A stretch of 64,000 bases of DNA from Candidatus Moraniibacteriota bacterium (GTDB lineage: Bacteria; Patescibacteriota; Minisyncoccia; Moranbacterales; GCA-2747515). Under the pieces are notes generated by a model. It was not told the origin of the DNA and did not search any database. It saw only the letters and a list, made by a program, of their open reading frames with translations. Where the stretch lies: the NCBI GenBank assembly GCA_046116545.1, contig CP175956.1:160276-224275 (forward strand), read 5' to 3'. A program made the position numbers and the translations under genes. The first letter of the stretch is position 1. The number at the start of each line of letters is the position of its first letter. Of the stretch, positions 21,595 to 32,555 are shown in pieces.

Positions 21595-22443
21595 TTAAGA
21601 CGATTGCCTCTTTGTTAATTCAACTATATTTTCAAGTAAACATGCGATCGTCACCGGACCTACACCTCCAGGAACTGGTGAAATTATAATTTCTCTATCT
21701 TCACAATCTATTATATCCACATCTCCAACAGTCTTATCTCCATCTTTACTAATACCTCCATCAATAATTATTGTATTATCACTTATCAAATCACAAGAAA
21801 GCAAATTCTTTTTACCACAAGCAGTAACTACTACATCCGATTCATTTATAGAAAGCTGCTCAGATGTACTGAATTCATCTTTATTTATACAAGATATAAA
21901 CTTAACATTTGCGCCCTCAACTTTAAATGCATGTGTCATCACATTGTCAAATACATCACTTTTTCCGATTATAGTAACTTTTTTATTTTCCAGACTTTCT
22001 AATTCACTATCAACTAAGCTCATGATAGCATTCGGGAAAACTGGATATATACATTCTTTATTATTTAAAAACCTCTCCTGGTTTACTTTATGAAATCCAT
22101 CAACATCCTTTTCTGGGTCTATAAAACCAATAACCTCATCAACATCCAACTGCTCAGGGAGTGGTAGTTGAACTATAATTCCATTTGTATCAACATCTTT
22201 ATTTAAAAATTCAATAGCACTTTTAACCTCATCCATCGAAATGTCTGTGTTAAAAGTATATTTTCTAAGTTCCACACCAATTTTCTTCGCCGCTCTTTCT
22301 TTTAATTTAACATACAAATGCGAAGCAGGATCATCACCAATAAGAACAACTGCCAAAGCAGGCTCAGCATCTAACTGACTCGCAATATCCTTAACGCCAA
22401 CAAGTTTTTTGGCAGCTATTTTTTTTCCATCTATAAACTTCAT
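21595..22443 (-). CDS. folD: Bifunctional methylenetetrahydrofolate dehydrogenase/cyclohydrolase
   Basis: GIIVQLPLP, KDVDGFH, SPVPGGVGPVT. Confidence 0.95.
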   Translation of the reverse strand: MKFIDGKKIAAKKLVGVKDIASQLDAEPALAVVLIGDDPASHLYVKLKERAAKKIGVELRKYTFNTDISMDEVKSAIEFLNKDVDTNGIIVQLPLPEQLDVDEVIGFIDPEKDVDGFHKVNQERFLNNKECIYPVFPNAIMSLVDSELESLENKKVTIIGKSDVFDNVMTHAFKVEGANVKFISCINKDEFSTSEQLSINESDVVVTACGKKNLLSCDLISDNTIIIDGGISKDGDKTVGDVDIIDCEDREIIISPVPGGVGPVTIACLLENIVELTKRQSS

Positions 22444-22447
22444 TTTT

Positions 22448-23233
22448 CTAGTTATTATAAAAAATAATACTCACAACAGCAAATAAAGCTAATGAGTAAT
22501 ACAAAAATATAGCGTAACTTATTTTTTTAATTAATGCAAGGAAATAATGAATAGTTAACATTGCAAAAATAAACGATATAATACAACCAATCCATGTATT
22601 TATATCCATACCACTAAAATATTTCAACTGCATAATCCCTGCACCTGCAATTATTGGTGTGGCAATTAAAAATGAAAATCTAGCAGCATCTTCACGAGTA
22701 AATCCACCAATTCTTGCTCCTGCTATTGTCATGCCACTTCTAGATACTCCTGGTATAAGTGCAACAATTTGTGCAAGTCCTATTAACAATGAATATTTAA
22801 ATGTCATTTTTTCCATTGACTTATCTGCTATAAATAATTTATCAGATGTAAATAAAATGAAACTTCCAAGTACTATAAGAAGTGAAATCATAATAGGTGA
22901 AAAAATAAGTGCCTCTGCTCTATCATTAAAAATGATACCAAAAAATACAGCTGGAATAGTAGCTACAATAATATACCAAAGTAATTCAGGATTTTTTTGA
23001 TATACTTCCATATCACTCCTAATCCAAAAAAGATTTAGCCAATCACGCCAGAAATAAATCACCACTGCTAAAAGTGAACTTATATGCAATGCAACAAAAA
23101 AACTAATCTGAGGCTTATCCATACCAAAAAGATATTCAAGTAAAACTAAGTGACCTGAACTAGAAATCGGCAAAAATTCAGTAATCCCTTGAACAATTCC
23201 AAAAATAATTGATTGTAATAAAGTTGTTTCCAT
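22448..23233 (-). CDS. uppP: Undecaprenyl-diphosphate phosphatase
   Basis: QGITEFLPISSSGHL, PGVSRSGMT, AARFSFL. Confidence 0.96.
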   Translation of the reverse strand: METTLLQSIIFGIVQGITEFLPISSSGHLVLLEYLFGMDKPQISFFVALHISSLLAVVIYFWRDWLNLFWIRSDMEVYQKNPELLWYIIVATIPAVFFGIIFNDRAEALIFSPIMISLLIVLGSFILFTSDKLFIADKSMEKMTFKYSLLIGLAQIVALIPGVSRSGMTIAGARIGGFTREDAARFSFLIATPIIAGAGIMQLKYFSGMDINTWIGCIISFIFAMLTIHYFLALIKKISYAIFLYYSLALFAVVSIIFYNN

Positions 23234-23291
23234 ATTTATTAGTATAAAGCAAAAAGTTTAAAGTGAAAAGAAAACTGCTAAATTTAATAAC

Positions 23292-23327
23292 AAAAAAGGT
23301 AAGTGACATATTATGTCACTTACCTTA
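23292..23327 (-). terminator. Intrinsic terminator
   Basis: aaggtaagtgacat-att-atgtcacttacctt plus T-run on the minus strand. Confidence 0.8.
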
Positions 23328-23353
23328 AATTTCTATACACCCTCTGTCAATGT

Positions 23354-24022
23354 TTATGCAGAATACAAAATAATGTCCTGAAGTGGGCCTGCCCCTAAAA
23401 GATCAACATCTTCATTCCCATTATTTCCCTTGATATACATCAAAACTTCCGGAACAATATCCCTAAGGTTAATATCTTTTTTTTGTAACCACTCTTTAGT
23501 CATATTAATACTGACCACAAGCTCTTCAAAATTCACTGAAATACTATTTTCACCACCATCAACTGATTTGACAGTAACTGTGCGATACCCTTTCTGTTCC
23601 ATAACACAATCACCTCTTATCACCGCTCTGTAATCACTCTGGATAGACAAAATTGCAGCAATTGATTCAATTTTTTTCTTATCACTGCATTTATTAAGAG
23701 TATCTCTAATCTGTCTTTTCAGTTTTTTAAAATGCAACTCTTTCTCAATTTTAGGGATACAATAATATCCCACATCTGCAAATATGGCTTTGGCAGCGTC
23801 TTCAGTCAATGGAGTAAAATCCGATGATTGAAAACATAATGTTTTTCCATTACGTATCATGCATACATGCCTACCGCCAGCACCTCTCATATTTACCATA
23901 TCCTTGAGTGCCCGCGATTCAGCTATAACATCATCTGATACTGTTGCATGAACCTCAAAACCATTAGTGATTTGAATCAATGCAAGACCATCAATTTCCA
24001 TTACTGCTTTTTTCTTACTCAT
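23354..24022 (-). CDS. Hypothetical protein (orphan)
   Basis: 222 aa ORF, AAGGAG SD, own terminator. Confidence 0.7.
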   Translation of the reverse strand: MSKKKAVMEIDGLALIQITNGFEVHATVSDDVIAESRALKDMVNMRGAGGRHVCMIRNGKTLCFQSSDFTPLTEDAAKAIFADVGYYCIPKIEKELHFKKLKRQIRDTLNKCSDKKKIESIAAILSIQSDYRAVIRGDCVMEQKGYRTVTVKSVDGGENSISVNFEELVVSINMTKEWLQKKDINLRDIVPEVLMYIKGNNGNEDVDLLGAGPLQDIILYSA

Positions 24023-24198
24023 TTTTTCTCCTTTGCTATGCCATTTTATTCCATATGGCGCTGCGATGAAGTTTGCGATTCACTTCCAATAAGTAAATCC
24101 ATTAACCTACATATTTATAATAAAGAACTAAAACATTTCATTATTACATAATCTCTTATATTTGTCAAGTAAGCTAGACTAATCTTACGTTTTCCTAA

Positions 24199-26025
24199 TT
24201 ACTCCACTGTTACACTTTTTGCAAGATTTCTAGGTCTATCTACATCAAATCCCTTTGACACTCCCGCATAATATGCCATTAATTGTAATGGCACTACACT
24301 TATAATTGGAGTTAATATCTCCAAAGTTTTTGGAATATAAATTGTGTCGTTGGCATATTTTTCTATTTCTTTCGTCCCACTTGTTGTTACTGCTACAATT
24401 TTTCCACCACGAGCTTTTATTTCTTCTATTGCTGAAAGTGTTTTTTCATATACACTATCCTTTGGTGCAAGTATGATTGACGGAAAATCTTTATCTATAA
24501 GAGCTATCGGACCATGTTTCATTTCTCCTGATGCATACCCCTCCGCATGAATATATGATATTTCTTTAATTTTCAAAGCTCCTTCCATAGCAATTGGGAA
24601 ATTATATTTTCTCCCCAAATAAAACATACTACTGTATTTGCTATATTTCTTTGCAATTCTTTTTATATTTTTTTCATCCTCAAAAACTTCATCCATTTTC
24701 TTTGGAATTTTTTTCAATTCTGATAAAATTCTTTTTCCCATAGTCAGAGACATATTTCGCTGTCTACCCAAGAAAACTGTTAGTAAAACTAGAATTGAAA
24801 GTTGTGAAGTAAATGCTTTAGTACTGGCAACACCAACCTCTACACCAGCGTGATTATAGATGCCTGCGTCAGTTTCTCTTGCTATTGTTGAGCCAACTGC
24901 ATTCACTATTCCCAAGGTCAAGCCACCTTTGTTCTTTGCTTCTCTTATTGCTGCTAATGTATCTGCTGTTTCTCCAGATTGAGAAATTGCTATTACTGCG
25001 GTTTTTTTATCTATAAGTGGTTTACGATATCTGAATTCACTTGCATACTCAACTTCAGTAGGTATTCCCGCATATTCTTCCAGCATATACTCACCGACCA
25101 ATCCAGCACAATATGACGTACCACATGACACTATAACAATCCTTTCTATATCTCTGAGCTTATCTTCTACGCTTGAAAGTCCACCAAGCCTAGCAAGTCC
25201 ATCTTTAGCAATAATTCTACCCCTCACAGCATCAGCTACAGCATTTGGCTGTTCAAAAATTTCTTTTAACATGAAATGATCATAACCTTCTTTTTGAGCC
25301 TGTTCATCATCCCAATCAAGTATTTGTTCTTTTTTCTTTTTGTTTCTACCTCCAAAAGTTTTCACGTTATATGTGTCAGGAGTAAATACTACTAATTCAC
25401 CATCATCTAAATAAATAACTTTATTTGTATGTTGAATAATTGCAGACGCATCTGAAGCAAGGATAAATCCATTATCAGCTACACCAATTACTAGCGGAGA
25501 ACTGTTCCTTACTGCTATCATTTTTTCTGGTTCATCCTCATGCAAAATCACCAATGCATATGCGCCTCGAATATCTCGCAAAGCATTACTTACAGAATCC
25601 TCAAAATTATTTTTATTATTATATTCATCTATCAAATGTGCCACCACCTCACTATCAGTTTCAGATTCAAATTTGTGTCCTTTTTTTATTAATCTGTCTT
25701 TTAATTCCTGATAGTTTTCTATAATTCCATTATGTACTAAATGAATTTTTCCACTACTATGAGGATGTGCATTTTTTACACTTGGCTTACCATGTGTTGC
25801 CCACCTAGTATGTGCTATCCCAATATTTGTATCAATACAACAATTTCCAATTTTCCTCTCCAATCCATCAACTTTTCCAATTGATCTAAATGTTTTTTGT
25901 TTGTTCTTATCAATAATACAAATTCCAGCACTATCATATCCACGATATTCCAATCTCTTAAGTCCCTCCAAAAGAACTTCTCCGGCCTTATTATCTTTTC
26001 CAATATAACCTACAATTCCACACAT
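24199..26025 (-). CDS. glmS: Glutamine--fructose-6-phosphate transaminase
   Basis: MCGIVG, HTRWATHG, SQSGETADT, PRNLAKSVTVE. Confidence 0.98.
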   Translation of the reverse strand: MCGIVGYIGKDNKAGEVLLEGLKRLEYRGYDSAGICIIDKNKQKTFRSIGKVDGLERKIGNCCIDTNIGIAHTRWATHGKPSVKNAHPHSSGKIHLVHNGIIENYQELKDRLIKKGHKFESETDSEVVAHLIDEYNNKNNFEDSVSNALRDIRGAYALVILHEDEPEKMIAVRNSSPLVIGVADNGFILASDASAIIQHTNKVIYLDDGELVVFTPDTYNVKTFGGRNKKKKEQILDWDDEQAQKEGYDHFMLKEIFEQPNAVADAVRGRIIAKDGLARLGGLSSVEDKLRDIERIVIVSCGTSYCAGLVGEYMLEEYAGIPTEVEYASEFRYRKPLIDKKTAVIAISQSGETADTLAAIREAKNKGGLTLGIVNAVGSTIARETDAGIYNHAGVEVGVASTKAFTSQLSILVLLTVFLGRQRNMSLTMGKRILSELKKIPKKMDEVFEDEKNIKRIAKKYSKYSSMFYLGRKYNFPIAMEGALKIKEISYIHAEGYASGEMKHGPIALIDKDFPSIILAPKDSVYEKTLSAIEEIKARGGKIVAVTTSGTKEIEKYANDTIYIPKTLEILTPIISVVPLQLMAYYAGVSKGFDVDRPRNLAKSVTVE

Positions 26026-26064
26026 AATTTTAGTATATTAGTAATTAATGCCTCACTCACGTTA

Positions 26065-26694
26065 TTAAATTATACCACCGATTTCTCTTAAATTACTAAT
26101 ATGCATATTACAATTTTTACTATTTTTACATTTACTATCACCCCTTACAATATGAACCGTTTTTATATTTATTTCGGACTGTTTTGCATTTTCAAAATAT
26201 CCTAATTTATCGTCAATAAGTACTACTAACTCATCTGGAAAATTTTGCATATATTTTTCAATTTCCACAGTTTTATCTTCTTGTGTAATAATTGTATCTG
26301 CAAAAAATTGTTCAATACCTGAACCTGCAATTTTCTGCTTTTGAAACTCATACTCACCATACGATAAAATAATTAAATCTTTTTTATTATATTGATTTGC
26401 AAAAGCATAGAAATCCTCAAACACAAATTCCTCTAGATTTTCCAAAAACTCACTTATTTCTTGTAAAAAAACTTTTTGATTTATATTCATTTCCATCGCA
26501 CCTGCTATTTTTACTATATGATTTTTTGGTGAATGTAGCTCTCCATTCTCGCCTATAGCTCTAGCAAAACTATCATATGTTTTTTGATATAATCCACGAT
26601 TAACTCCATGTAGATAAAAAATATTATACAGTCCTTCTGCAAAATCATGACGCGCGTCAAAAATTGTATTATCGAAATCTACAAATATTTTCAT
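26065..26694 (-). CDS. HAD-superfamily hydrolase
   Basis: FVDFDNTIF motif I, LIDD motif IV. Confidence 0.8.
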   Translation of the reverse strand: MKIFVDFDNTIFDARHDFAEGLYNIFYLHGVNRGLYQKTYDSFARAIGENGELHSPKNHIVKIAGAMEMNINQKVFLQEISEFLENLEEFVFEDFYAFANQYNKKDLIILSYGEYEFQKQKIAGSGIEQFFADTIITQEDKTVEIEKYMQNFPDELVVLIDDKLGYFENAKQSEINIKTVHIVRGDSKCKNSKNCNMHISNLREIGGII

Positions 26695-26735
26695 ATAATT
26701 TCATTAACTGATTTAATAATTTATTATTTAAATTT

Positions 26736-26828
26736 GTCATTCTAGAAATAACATTGTCCAGAATCTACACCATGAGATTAACGTTAATCTTTGTATTACA
26801 GAAAGATTTCTGCCTTCGCAGGAATAAC
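26736..26828. repeat. Degenerate GTCATTC...GGAATGAC-type palindromic (REP/MITE-like) element
   Basis: gtcattctag..gaatct..agattaacgttaatct..agatttctgccttcgcaggaataac. Confidence 0.5.
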
Positions 26829-26867
26829 ACAGTTTTCAATTCTTAATTCCCAATTTTTCATTTTTAA

Positions 26868-28652
26868 TTATTGCAAAGCACCCGATTGATATTGCCACAA
26901 TTCAAAGTATTTTCCTTTCTTTTCAAGTAATTCTTCATGTGTACCATCTTCTACAATTTTACCACCATCAAATACAATAATTCTATCCATTTGTTTCAAT
27001 GTACTTAATCTATGTGCAATTACGATTGTTGTTCTTCCTTTCATTAATTCCTCAAGTGCTTCTTGGATAAGTTTTTCTGAATGTGAATCTAATGAACTCG
27101 TTGCTTCATCCAATACTAAAATTGGCGATTTCTTTAACATTGCACGTGCAATCATTACACGTTGCTTTTGTCCACCCGAAAGCTTCACACCACGCTCCCC
27201 AACCAATGTCTCAAACTCCTTGGGAAAACTATTAATAAACTCTAATGCATGTGCTCGTACAGAAGCCTCTATTATATCATTTTTACTTGCTTGTACATTA
27301 CTATATTTGATATTCTCTTCTAAAGTTCTATGAAATAACAATGCTTCTTGTGGCACATATGCAATAGCACTACGTAAATCATCTTGGCGAATATTCTTAA
27401 TATCATGCCCATCAATTATTATTTGTCCTGATTCCAAATCCATAAATCGTAACAATAAACTCACAAATGTAGATTTTCCCTCACCCGATTCACCCACAAG
27501 TCCAATTTTTTGTCCTGAAGAAATCTCTAATGACAATTGCTTAAAAACTGAGCGTTCCTTATCATCCTCATAATGAAAGTCTACATTATCAAAAATAATA
27601 TCACCTTTTTTAATTTCAACTTTCCCAGCATTAGCATTATCTACTATTTCATATGGTATGAATATTTCTTCTAATCCCTCTTTTAATTGTCCATATTGTT
27701 CCATAAATCTATTGAATGTTGCTCCCATAAAAACCAAATCACCCACTAACCGTGTCGACATCACAATTGACATGACCACAATGCCCAATCCTATTTGTTG
27801 CATCTCCCATAACCGCAACATACCAAATACCACCATAAATAACATAACTACAGACATAGCTGAGTTAATTGTTACTACTGTTTCAAAATACCACCATGTT
27901 TTCAAATGCCAAAATCTATGATTTTCAATATACTCTTTAATATTATTTATTTCAAAAGTAGTTTGCACATTCTGTTTAATTGCCATTACATTAGTGAGAT
28001 TGTCTACAATATTACCGCGTAATGAAGATGCTTTGTCTGCACGTTTTTTTGAATAATTAGCCATTTTTCGTGAAGCTGCAATATTGAAAATAAGAAATAT
28101 TACGATAAAACTTGCAAAGATAACACCAAGCCACACATTAAATATGAAAGCCAAAATGCAAAAAATTACAAATTTTGACGCCATTCGTAAAAAATCCCAA
28201 AACAACATCGGAAAAATTGCTTCTACGCTTCTGGCAATATTTGAAACTTTACTAGATAATTTTCCAACCAATCTACCAGAAAAATATGTATAGCTGTGTT
28301 TAATTAAATAATTAAATGTAATTTGAAAAGAATACGCTTCTAGACGTGTTGTCACATAACTACCCAAAAAACCACTAATGCGCCAAAATAGAAAACTAAT
28401 TGCAAACACACTTATCAATAATCCTGCAAAATGATATACGTCTGCCATATCATCGCCAACAGTCATTGTATTTAATGTATCTACCAATTGCCCCAAAAAA
28501 TAAATTACTCCACTGACAAAAACCTCTGATACTACGACCAATGCCATTATAATAATAATTTGCAATCGATATTTTTGTGCTACAAAAAATAAAAATCTGA
28601 ACGGCTTATATTGAAATTCTGAAAAATTAATTTTTTTTTCTTTTGTCTTCAT
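26868..28652 (-). CDS. ABC transporter ATP-binding/permease (exporter type)
   Basis: N-terminal TM domain, GESGEGKST, LSGGQKQR, LDEATS; likely start MKTKE 28652. Confidence 0.93.
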   Translation of the reverse strand: MKTKEKKINFSEFQYKPFRFLFFVAQKYRLQIIIIMALVVVSEVFVSGVIYFLGQLVDTLNTMTVGDDMADVYHFAGLLISVFAISFLFWRISGFLGSYVTTRLEAYSFQITFNYLIKHSYTYFSGRLVGKLSSKVSNIARSVEAIFPMLFWDFLRMASKFVIFCILAFIFNVWLGVIFASFIVIFLIFNIAASRKMANYSKKRADKASSLRGNIVDNLTNVMAIKQNVQTTFEINNIKEYIENHRFWHLKTWWYFETVVTINSAMSVVMLFMVVFGMLRLWEMQQIGLGIVVMSIVMSTRLVGDLVFMGATFNRFMEQYGQLKEGLEEIFIPYEIVDNANAGKVEIKKGDIIFDNVDFHYEDDKERSVFKQLSLEISSGQKIGLVGESGEGKSTFVSLLLRFMDLESGQIIIDGHDIKNIRQDDLRSAIAYVPQEALLFHRTLEENIKYSNVQASKNDIIEASVRAHALEFINSFPKEFETLVGERGVKLSGGQKQRVMIARAMLKKSPILVLDEATSSLDSHSEKLIQEALEELMKGRTTIVIAHRLSTLKQMDRIIVFDGGKIVEDGTHEELLEKKGKYFELWQYQSGALQ

Positions 28653-28671
28653 ACTAAAACTTTTTTTACTT

Positions 28672-29694
28672 CTATGAAATATTAAATGATCTGTATTCAC
28701 TATACTCTGTAATTAAACTTATTGCACGAGCTAGTTTATCACTATCATGACGGATAAATGCTCGTGTATGAGCAAGTGCATCTCCATTAGTGGCTTTTAT
28801 TTTTTCTTTTCTAAGTAAATCGCCTTCTACAATTCTATGGTTCTTATTGTCTTTATATTTACACAAAACCAATGAGTCTTTTCCTTCTTGCTTTTCATAT
28901 TTAGCAATCATACTTTTATGTGGTTTTTTAGAATTATAGACTACAAAATCAACTCTATTTTTGCCTATTAATTTCTCTATATTTTTCACATAATCAGCTA
29001 CTGTAAAATTATCAGTTTGACCATATTTATTTGTAAGAGGTGCTACAAAAATAACTTTTGATTTTGTTTTTTTGATTGCATTTTTTATTCCACTAACTAA
29101 TAAATTTGGCACAATACTTCCATAATGATCACCAGGTCCTATTATTATAAAATCAGCATCATTTATTGCCTTAACAGCCCGCTTATTTGCTCTTACAGTT
29201 TTTGATAATCGCACTTCATGTATACCTGTTTGCCTAACTTGTTCATTATCATCCAACTCTTTTTCGCCCACAATTATTCGTCCATCATTTAACTTTATAG
29301 TAAGACGCATATCATCTTCACTCACAGGAACAACAGAACCTTTCACATTTAATATTTCAATAGCCTCAATTATTCCATCAGAAAAACTTCCGTTGATTTT
29401 TTCTAAAGCTGACAGAAAAAGATTTCCAAAATTATGACCTTTTAAATCACCGTTATCAAAACGATAGTTCATAAGCTCTCGTAATTTATCACTTGAGTCC
29501 GACAAGGCCACAAGACATTGTCTTACATCTCCTGGAGGTAAAACTCCCAGTTCATCTCTAAGTTTTCCCGTGGATCCACCATCATCAGCCATAGTAACAA
29601 TTGCTGTAAGATCATATTGATAATTCTTTAATCCTGACAACAAAGTGAATGACCCCGTCCCACCACCAATTGTAACAATTTTTTTATTTTTCAT
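28672..29694 (-). CDS. YvcK/GlmR (UPF0052) family protein
   Basis: IGGGTG, DDGGSTGKLR, PPGDVR, GHNFGNL, IRHDSDKLA. Confidence 0.92.
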   Translation of the reverse strand: MKNKKIVTIGGGTGSFTLLSGLKNYQYDLTAIVTMADDGGSTGKLRDELGVLPPGDVRQCLVALSDSSDKLRELMNYRFDNGDLKGHNFGNLFLSALEKINGSFSDGIIEAIEILNVKGSVVPVSEDDMRLTIKLNDGRIIVGEKELDDNEQVRQTGIHEVRLSKTVRANKRAVKAINDADFIIIGPGDHYGSIVPNLLVSGIKNAIKKTKSKVIFVAPLTNKYGQTDNFTVADYVKNIEKLIGKNRVDFVVYNSKKPHKSMIAKYEKQEGKDSLVLCKYKDNKNHRIVEGDLLRKEKIKATNGDALAHTRAFIRHDSDKLARAISLITEYSEYRSFNIS

Positions 29695-29859
29695 GATTTA
29701 GTTATTACATAATGCTTTATATTATTACACTACTCTAACATAAAATTTACTTTAATGCTTTTAGTTTGTTGACAAAAAACAAGTTTTATGTAATACTACT
29801 AATTCAGTTTTTTAAATAGGTACTAACTACCTAAATAACAATACAAGGAGAACAAGCTG

Positions 29860-30369
29860 ATGAAAAAGGGAAATGTACGTTTAAAAAAGAAGACTGCTAA
29901 AAAAATTGTTGATTTTGCCATTGCTATTGCAGATGCATTGGGCATTTCTGGATCTATTGCCGTTGTTGATACTGATAATAATTTCATTGATGGTATACTA
30001 TATGGTCATGCACGTCCTATGACATACGCCATTGCGACAAATAAAGCAGCTCTCTCAGGCTATACTGGTGCTCGCACTGGAACTACTGCCCAACAAATTG
30101 CTTCTGGTGAACGCACATTGGAACTGTATGGTATTGATCCAGAAATGAATGTTCCTTTTCCGGGAGGTTGTCCAATTTACACAAAAAAAGGCATCCTCAT
30201 TGGAGGAGCTGGATTTTCTGAACAAACTGGCATCACCGATGAAAGAATTATATCTGCAGCTATTGAAGCATGTGGTTTTCTTTCTGATACACCTGCAATG
30301 ACTGATATTTCTGAGAAGCTTATCCAAAAGGCTGTCAAGAAAGTAAAGAAAAAACTGAAGAAAAAATAA
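29860..30369 (+). CDS. GlcG/HbpS-like heme-binding family protein
   Basis: SIAVVD, IATNKA, FPGGCPI...IGGAGFS..DE pattern; AAGGAG SD, TTGACA at 29769. Confidence 0.75.
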   Translation: MKKGNVRLKKKTAKKIVDFAIAIADALGISGSIAVVDTDNNFIDGILYGHARPMTYAIATNKAALSGYTGARTGTTAQQIASGERTLELYGIDPEMNVPFPGGCPIYTKKGILIGGAGFSEQTGITDERIISAAIEACGFLSDTPAMTDISEKLIQKAVKKVKKKLKKK

Positions 30370-30387
30370 TTTTCTTCTCAATATATA

Positions 30388-30424
30388 TCCCACACCGTCA
30401 ATGACGTGTGTGGGCTATTTTTTT
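30388..30424 (+). terminator. Intrinsic terminator
   Basis: cccacac-cgtcaatgacg-tgtgtggg followed by a T-run. Confidence 0.7.
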
Positions 30425-30457
30425 AAAAAATATCACATAGTGACTACCCCATAGATT

Positions 30458-31141
30458 TTAATTTAGAAATTCTTCAATTCTTGTCTGAGCAATTTCTAAA
30501 TCTTCTGGTGAACCTATTGATTGCCATTTTTTTGTTGTAACTACTTTTGTTTTGTATTTTGGATACATGGATACCAATGTTTGTGGTAATCCATATTCTC
30601 TTTCTGAAATTCTTACCATTGGTATATCAAGATATTTCTGTGATAACATGTATGCTCCAGTATTCACAAGTCCATCTTTCTTTCCATGTGGTCTTTCTAT
30701 CACATCTGTTAAATCACTGTTCGTATCAATGTCTACTAATCCAAATTGCTCCGCATCATTTGTTTCATATGCCAATAATGATTGTTCATATTTCATCAAT
30801 TTATTTAAATCTTTTTTATCATATAAATCATCTCCCATGATAACGAGAAAATTATTTTTTACAATATCTTTTGTTAAAGCTATTGCACCAGCTGTTCCAT
30901 TAAATTCCACTTGCTTAATATAATGAATTTTTCGATTATCAAACACATCTCCAAAATAATCAATTATTTGATTACTCAAATATCCAACCACTAAAACAAC
31001 ATCCGTTATTTCATCTGGTAATAGTTCAATGCTATATGCCAATTTTGGACTATCTTTAATTTTAAGCATTGGCTTTGGACAATTTTGGGTTAACTCCCCC
31101 ATCCTAGTTCCAAGTCCAGCCACGAGAATTACTGCATACAT
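30458..31141 (-). CDS. Nucleotidyltransferase (GlmU/RmlA-like N-terminal domain)
   Basis: AVILVAGLGTRM..PKPML, GTAGA, GDD. Confidence 0.88.
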   Translation of the reverse strand: MYAVILVAGLGTRMGELTQNCPKPMLKIKDSPKLAYSIELLPDEITDVVLVVGYLSNQIIDYFGDVFDNRKIHYIKQVEFNGTAGAIALTKDIVKNNFLVIMGDDLYDKKDLNKLMKYEQSLLAYETNDAEQFGLVDIDTNSDLTDVIERPHGKKDGLVNTGAYMLSQKYLDIPMVRISEREYGLPQTLVSMYPKYKTKVVTTKKWQSIGSPEDLEIAQTRIEEFLN

Positions 31142-31240
31142 ATAATATAGTTTTAAAATGTAATAAATATAATTATATCATAAAAAAACAGGCTTTCACC
31201 TGTTTTTTTATGACTCCAGTTATAAAAATTGTAATCATGT

Positions 31241-32536
31241 TTATGGTCTTGTCTCAATAATCCTACCACTAGAACAATCTGCATTTGAATTACATGTACT
31301 TGAACATTGATTTAGATTTGATGCTGTCAGTGGAGTTGATTGACATGTCCCTTGAGCGTTACATTCTTTTTGTGAACACATTGTTGATATTGTCAGTGGT
31401 TTGTCAGTCTCACCTGGACATGGTGGAGTACTACTATCTTCACATCCAGGATCTGGATCTGGAGTCGGTTTTATATAACACTCTGCAGGATACGTATTAG
31501 TTCCTGATGCTACAAATATTTCTTTGTCTACATCACCTGTACAAACATGGGTTTTCACTATTGCATTTGTTGATGGATCTGTTGAATCTATATCACAACA
31601 TATCTCAGATGTAGTTGGATCATTACACACAACTGATACATTTGTTGTTTGATCATTTAAATTTTCTTTTAAATATACATTTGCACTGTATTTAATTAAA
31701 TTTCCTGTTAAGCAAGTTGGTGCTGAACAATCTACATAGTCACCCACAGTACTAGCTCTACCCAATAAATGAAAATAATCATGTGCACATGTCCAATTCC
31801 ACTTTCCAGTGTTTGTATTAAATGTCACTAACTCATTTACTGTATTACTTGCAGCACATTGATTACTTTCAACTTCTGCTTTAGTATTTATTTCATTTGT
31901 TTCACTATTACTACTTCCACATACTGAATCTGGCTTTAACTGTGATGCTGAACATAATCCTGAATCAGCTCCTCCATGTTGTCCACTACAAGTCCATGTT
32001 ACTGTTTGTTCTGGAGCTGGAAAACTTACATTTGATGGATCTCCCGCTGTGCATTGATCTGCTCCATATACAGATGCACCATATGGATATTCCTTACCAT
32101 TTACAGCTGAGTTGCATTCACCTGGAATTGCACATGATTGCGTGTTACAAGATGTACTATTTCCACATAAATCTTCTTTTGTACCACCTCCGCAAGTTTC
32201 ACTACAAGCACCATAACTTCCACAGCTTTTCACAAACTTAATGATTGGAGAATTAACACAAGACCAATAATAAGTACTTCCACTACCAGTCATATATGAC
32301 CAAGCAAGATTAGCTGAATGAGCATTGTAATAGTTTTCTAGTGTTTGTTTTGCACTATCAAAATCAACAGTAATAGTCTGATTCCAATTCGTCATTCCTA
32401 ATGCTGAGCAAAATCCTCCATGATTTGAACCTAAGCAAGTTGCTTGTGCTGATACTGCTGTCGCATCTGAGTTTTTTATAATAATTCCAACACTTAACAC
32501 AACTAAAATTAAACTTATTCTTATAATATTATTCAT
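31241..32536 (-). CDS. Secreted cysteine-rich protein
   Basis: Signal peptide, very many Cys, CSETCGGG TSP1-like motif, WTC repeats. Confidence 0.8.
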   Translation of the reverse strand: MNNIIRISLILVVLSVGIIIKNSDATAVSAQATCLGSNHGGFCSALGMTNWNQTITVDFDSAKQTLENYYNAHSANLAWSYMTGSGSTYYWSCVNSPIIKFVKSCGSYGACSETCGGGTKEDLCGNSTSCNTQSCAIPGECNSAVNGKEYPYGASVYGADQCTAGDPSNVSFPAPEQTVTWTCSGQHGGADSGLCSASQLKPDSVCGSSNSETNEINTKAEVESNQCAASNTVNELVTFNTNTGKWNWTCAHDYFHLLGRASTVGDYVDCSAPTCLTGNLIKYSANVYLKENLNDQTTNVSVVCNDPTTSEICCDIDSTDPSTNAIVKTHVCTGDVDKEIFVASGTNTYPAECYIKPTPDPDPGCEDSSTPPCPGETDKPLTISTMCSQKECNAQGTCQSTPLTASNLNQCSSTCNSNADCSSGRIIETRP

Positions 32537-32555
32537 ATAATCTAACTACTATTAA

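Noticed and set aside
26026-26064. glmS ribozyme upstream of glmS
   Set aside because: The intergenic gap is only ~39 bp, too short and without the consensus.
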